The position numbers and the translations under genes were made by a program. From Nitrospirota bacterium (lineage in GTDB: Bacteria; Nitrospirota; Nitrospiria; 2-01-FULL-66-17), in assembly GCA_016201825.1 (NCBI GenBank), contig JACQCD010000121.1, positions 1,753-65,752 of the forward strand: a DNA stretch of 64,000 nt. Direction: 5' to 3'. The notes under the pieces are model-generated. The model was not told the DNA's origin. It did no database searches and saw only the letters and a list, made by a program, of their open reading frames with translations. Positions 61,157 to 64,000 of the stretch are shown piece by piece; the stretch's first letter is position 1; every line of letters begins with the position of its first letter.

Positions 61157-62523
61157 TGCACAACAGACGAGTCAGGTGGGGGGTGGCGGCGATGGTCGCA
61201 TGCGCGGCGGCGCTGGCGTCTATGGGTCTCGGTCCCGCTCGGGCCGCGGACAATCCGGCGCCGAGCGCCAACGAGAAGCCGCGCCCCGGCCAATACCTGG
61301 GCGCGCCCTCGTGCGCGTCCAGCCACTGCCACGGAAGCGCGCAGCCGCGAACGGCGTACGACGTGCGGCAGAACGAGTACCTCATCTGGCTCAAGCAGGA
61401 CAAGCACACCAAGACCTACAGCGTCCTCTCGAACGCCCTTTCGAAGCGCATCGCCAAGAACATGAAATTGAAGCGGCCGCCGCAAGAGGAGGCGCGGTGC
61501 CTGGACTGTCACGGCCTTGCCGTGGCCGAGGAGCTTCAGGCTCGCCCCGTGGACCTCGCCGACGGGATCTCGTGCGAGGGCTGCCACGGACCGGCCGGAG
61601 GATGGCTGGCGGGGCACACCGAGGAGGGATGGACGCACCAGCGCTCGGTCGAGGCCGGCATGACCGATTTGCGCGATCTCGTGACGCGGACGGAGGTGTG
61701 CTTGGGGTGTCACCTCGGCAAGACCGGCACCGGGGTGGACCACGAGCTGCTCGCGGCCGGCCATCCTGATCTCGTATTCGAGTTGGTCAACTTCAGCGCA
61801 GCGATGCCGGCGCACTGGACGCCGGTGTCCCGGAAGAAAGCCCGCGCGGACCGCCCCGATCGCAACACCGCGCGCGCATGGGCGGTGGGGCAGGTGGTGC
61901 AGTTCCGCGAATCGATGCACCTGACCGCGCGCCGCGCCCAGTCGGGCCGGTGGCCGGACTTCGCCGAGATGGAGTGCACCTCCTGCCACCACGCGCTCAA
62001 CGGCGGCAAGGAGCGGCAGCTCCGGGGGTATTCGCTGGCGGCCGGGCTTCCGGGTACCAGCCCCGCGCGCGTCGCCGTCTTCCGCCACGTGCTCGACACG
62101 TTCTCGCCGGACGACCGCGGTCCGCTGCTCGTGAGCGTGGACCGACTTGCGGCCTCGATCTCGCGCCTGTTTACGCCGCACGAGACGGTGGCGGTCCAGG
62201 CGAACGTGCTCGGGGACGAGACGCGCGGGGTGTTGGACCGGGTCGGGTCCACGGAGATCGACGACGCCTTGACCCGCGTGATGCTGCTGCGGGTGGCCGG
62301 CGACGGAGTCTTTTTGAACAGAGCCGACTTGAGGTCGGCGAAGCAGGTGGCGCTGGCGATCAACGCGCTGGCCGGCGCGCTGGCCGAACACGATCCCAAG
62401 TGGGCCCGCCCGGAGGTCGCGAAGACGATCGACGCGCTGTACGACGACGTCTCCGGCAAAGGTGACTATGACCCACAACGGTTCGTCAAGCACCTCGCGG
62501 CGTTTCGGCGATCGGTGAAGTGA
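61153..62523 (+). CDS. secreted multiheme cytochrome (c554-like N-terminal half, helical C-terminal half)
   Basis: Signal AAMVACAAALASMGLGPARA. CLDCH, CEGCH, CLGCH, CTSCH plus an atypical SCASSHCH (CX4CH) where family members normally carry the first CXXCH. The ATG overlaps the previous stop. Confidence 0.75.
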   Translation: MMHNRRVRWGVAAMVACAAALASMGLGPARAADNPAPSANEKPRPGQYLGAPSCASSHCHGSAQPRTAYDVRQNEYLIWLKQDKHTKTYSVLSNALSKRIAKNMKLKRPPQEEARCLDCHGLAVAEELQARPVDLADGISCEGCHGPAGGWLAGHTEEGWTHQRSVEAGMTDLRDLVTRTEVCLGCHLGKTGTGVDHELLAAGHPDLVFELVNFSAAMPAHWTPVSRKKARADRPDRNTARAWAVGQVVQFRESMHLTARRAQSGRWPDFAEMECTSCHHALNGGKERQLRGYSLAAGLPGTSPARVAVFRHVLDTFSPDDRGPLLVSVDRLAASISRLFTPHETVAVQANVLGDETRGVLDRVGSTEIDDALTRVMLLRVAGDGVFLNRADLRSAKQVALAINALAGALAEHDPKWARPEVAKTIDALYDDVSGKGDYDPQRFVKHLAAFRRSVK

Positions 62524-62560
62524 CGAGGTCGGGGGAACAGGGTTCGTGCGTTGCGGTGCC

Positions 62561-63328
62561 CTACACCTGAAACGTCGCCCCGTCTTCTAAGATGGTCAGG
62601 TTCGTGACCGGAAGTTTCCCCAACTCCCGCCGGATTGCCGCGCGGTACCGCGGCTTCACGTGGTAGACGTAGACGGGGAGGTTCGGCCGTCCCAGCTTGG
62701 CGAACTCGTCGGCTAGCAGCGCAGGCGTGAGGTGTTTGGTCTGTGCGGCGAGACCTTTCAGCGCGTTGGGGAACGAGGTCTCGATCATGGCGGCCTTCAG
62801 GTCGGGTGTGGCGGCCGCCGCCTTCCAGAGGTGATCCGTCCGGTACGTATCCCCGCTGTAGAGGAGCGAGCCTCGCCGATCACGGATCAAGAAACCCGCG
62901 CACGGGACGGTGTGGTTGACGGCGAACGCGCGGACCCGGAGGTCGTCGAGTTGAATCGCCGTGCCTTCGTCGATCGCCTCGAGCCGAAAGAGCGGATGGG
63001 TCGGCGTGGGGATCTTGGTGAAGTCGGGCCAGAGGCGGTCGTTGAAGACGTGGCGTTTCAGTTCGTCGATCACCTTCTTCAGGCTGACGATCACGATCGA
63101 CTGTGGCACGCCGTTCTCGATCAGATTCTCGGACAGGAGGGGGAGGCTCTTGATGTGATCCATGTGGATGTGCGACACGAGGACGTAGCGGATCTTCCGC
63201 TGCTCCGCGATCGTCAGCGCCGAGCAGACCGTGCCCGCGTCCACGAGGACCGATCGGTTGATCAGAAAGCCGGAGGTGCCGCACTCGCCCAGCTCCGCGC
63301 CGTGGCACCCCAAGACCCTCACCCTCAT
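62561..63328 (-). CDS. class-II 3',5'-cyclic-nucleotide phosphodiesterase (MBL fold, CpdP-like)
   Basis: MRVRVLGCHG…YVLVSHIHMDHIKSLPLLSE (HxHxDH signature region). Start at the ATG at 63328. The upstream part of ORF 62561..63730 is a shadow frame. Confidence 0.75.
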   Translation of the reverse strand: MRVRVLGCHGAELGECGTSGFLINRSVLVDAGTVCSALTIAEQRKIRYVLVSHIHMDHIKSLPLLSENLIENGVPQSIVIVSLKKVIDELKRHVFNDRLWPDFTKIPTPTHPLFRLEAIDEGTAIQLDDLRVRAFAVNHTVPCAGFLIRDRRGSLLYSGDTYRTDHLWKAAAATPDLKAAMIETSFPNALKGLAAQTKHLTPALLADEFAKLGRPNLPVYVYHVKPRYRAAIRRELGKLPVTNLTILEDGATFQV

Positions 63329-64000
63329 GCGCGCTCCTTTTTGAGTCCCGTGACCTCGTAGACCCGCACGGTCTTGGCCCGTCCCTTGACCGCCAGCTCG
63401 CCCAGATCTTTGAACGCCGCGCGGCCGATCTTCTTGGGCGCTTTGCGGCGATCCGGGTGCCGGATCAGCGCGGTCCGGGCGCGGCGTTCGTCGACCGGCA
63501 CTTCGCGGGCCTCGACCAAGTGCTCGATCGCCCGGTACGTGGAGTCGGTGATGAGGATGCCCGCGTTGTGTTGTCTGGTCAGCGACTCCACGCGCGCGCC
63601 GAGATTGACGTTGTCGCCGATCAGCGTGTAGTCCATCTTCTTGCCCTCGGCGCCCATGTTGCCCACGACCATCTCGCCGGTGTTGATCCCGATCCCCGCA
63701 TCCAGCGGCTCGCGCCCCTCGGCGCGCCACTTCGCCTGCAGCTCGGCGAGCCGGTGTCGCATGTGCAACGCGCAGCGGACAGCCAGCTCGGCGTGGTTGG
63801 GTTGGTCGATGGGCGCGCCCCAGAATACCATGATCGCGTCGCCCACGAACTTGTCCAGGGTCCCGTTCCAGTGGAAGATCACATCGGTCATCGCCTGGAG
63901 ATATTCGTTGAGGGCGGCGACGACCTCCTCCGGCTGGTGGGCCTCGGAGAACGCCGTGAAGCCGCGCACGTCGGAGAAGAGCACCGTCAGCTCCTTACGC
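63325..64000 (-). CDS. class III adenylate/guanylate cyclase catalytic domain (5' end beyond the right edge of the window)
   Basis: …TVLFSDVRGFTAFSE…LDKFVGDAIMVFWGAP…GINTGEMVVGNMG…DYTLIGDNVNLGARVES. The stop overlaps the phosphodiesterase start (ATGA). Confidence 0.85.
   Translation of the reverse strand, partial: RKELTVLFSDVRGFTAFSEAHQPEEVVAALNEYLQAMTDVIFHWNGTLDKFVGDAIMVFWGAPIDQPNHAELAVRCALHMRHRLAELQAKWRAEGREPLDAGIGINTGEMVVGNMGAEGKKMDYTLIGDNVNLGARVESLTRQHNAGILITDSTYRAIEHLVEAREVPVDERRARTALIRHPDRRKAPKKIGRAAFKDLGELAVKGRAKTVRVYEVTGLKKERA

Noticed and set aside
54102-62493. Large antisense ORFs (54102..55664, 56840..59365, 59942..60979, 60976..62493) opposite the cytochrome operon
   Set aside because: All are Arg/Gly/Pro/Asp-rich. 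The plus-strand frames carry dense CXXCH motifs, signal peptides, lipoboxes and repeat structure.
1-64000. CRISPR arrays, rRNA/tRNA genes, IS elements, integrases
   Set aside because: I scanned the intergenic regions by eye and found no regularly spaced repeats, no tRNA-like arms, no rRNA-like segments and no transposase- or integrase-like translations.

Overview
This is a high-GC bacterial chromosomal window (a typical housekeeping line hand-counts to about 80% G+C), densely coding on both strands. I recognised no rRNA, tRNA, CRISPR array, transposase or integrase.

Gene content, left to right:
- comEC (partial), a tetraheme cytochrome c and glmM
- an EamA transporter
- a PqqC/CADD-like protein
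- a DsrE/F/H-TusA-DsrE2-like sulfur-relay operon
- a DUF1931 histone-fold protein
- rho and hemY
- a roughly 10 kb copper/heme respiratory neighbourhood. It holds a cupredoxin-like protein and two membrane-anchored FGE-sulfatase-fold paralogues bracketing three tiny membrane proteins. It also holds an operon of two micro-proteins, a CydA-like 'bd-like' oxidase with no cydB, and three membrane-anchored c-type cytochromes, one fused to an EB_dh heme-b domain.
- an 8-TM membrane protein plus an FNR-like reductase
- yebC-ruvCAB
- a roughly 2.7 kb low-GC islet: BrnT/BrnA, a HEAR-repeat/PD-(D/E)xK protein and a Zn-ribbon-DUF4145 protein
- the pheA-hisC-aroF-tyrA-aroA-cmk-plsC-rpsA-sppA-ihfB supraoperon
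- pilT with a coupled tandem-repeat protein
- an ABC-2 exporter
- htrA-rhodanese
- a low-GC lipoprotein
- an aminotransferase, an aldo/keto reductase, a glutaredoxin and an esterase

The most unusual locus is a seven-gene, translationally coupled operon at 49191-62523. It encodes, in order:
1. a cytoplasmic TrxR-type flavoprotein fused to two cNMP-binding domains and a 4x[4Fe-4S] module
2. a 5-TM protein with two H-x13-H pairs (di-heme-b-like)
3. an FHA-TM-decaheme cytochrome
4. a tandem GlcG/DUF336 lipoprotein
5. an outer-membrane beta-barrel
6. a 1255-aa decaheme cytochrome fused to an LVIVD beta-propeller
7. a c554-like cytochrome

An adenylate cyclase / class-II cNMP phosphodiesterase pair converges on its 3' end. 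I read this as a candidate cyclic-nucleotide-gated, quinone-independent electron conduit from cytoplasm to cell surface.

The gene content is reminiscent of Nitrospirota-type or metal-cycling bacteria, but taxonomy cannot be established from this window.

Limits: all domain calls are by eye from translated sequence with no searches run, and start codons are my best frame-consistent choices. Many long ORFs in the supplied track are Arg/Pro/Gly-rich shadow frames of real genes and were discarded.
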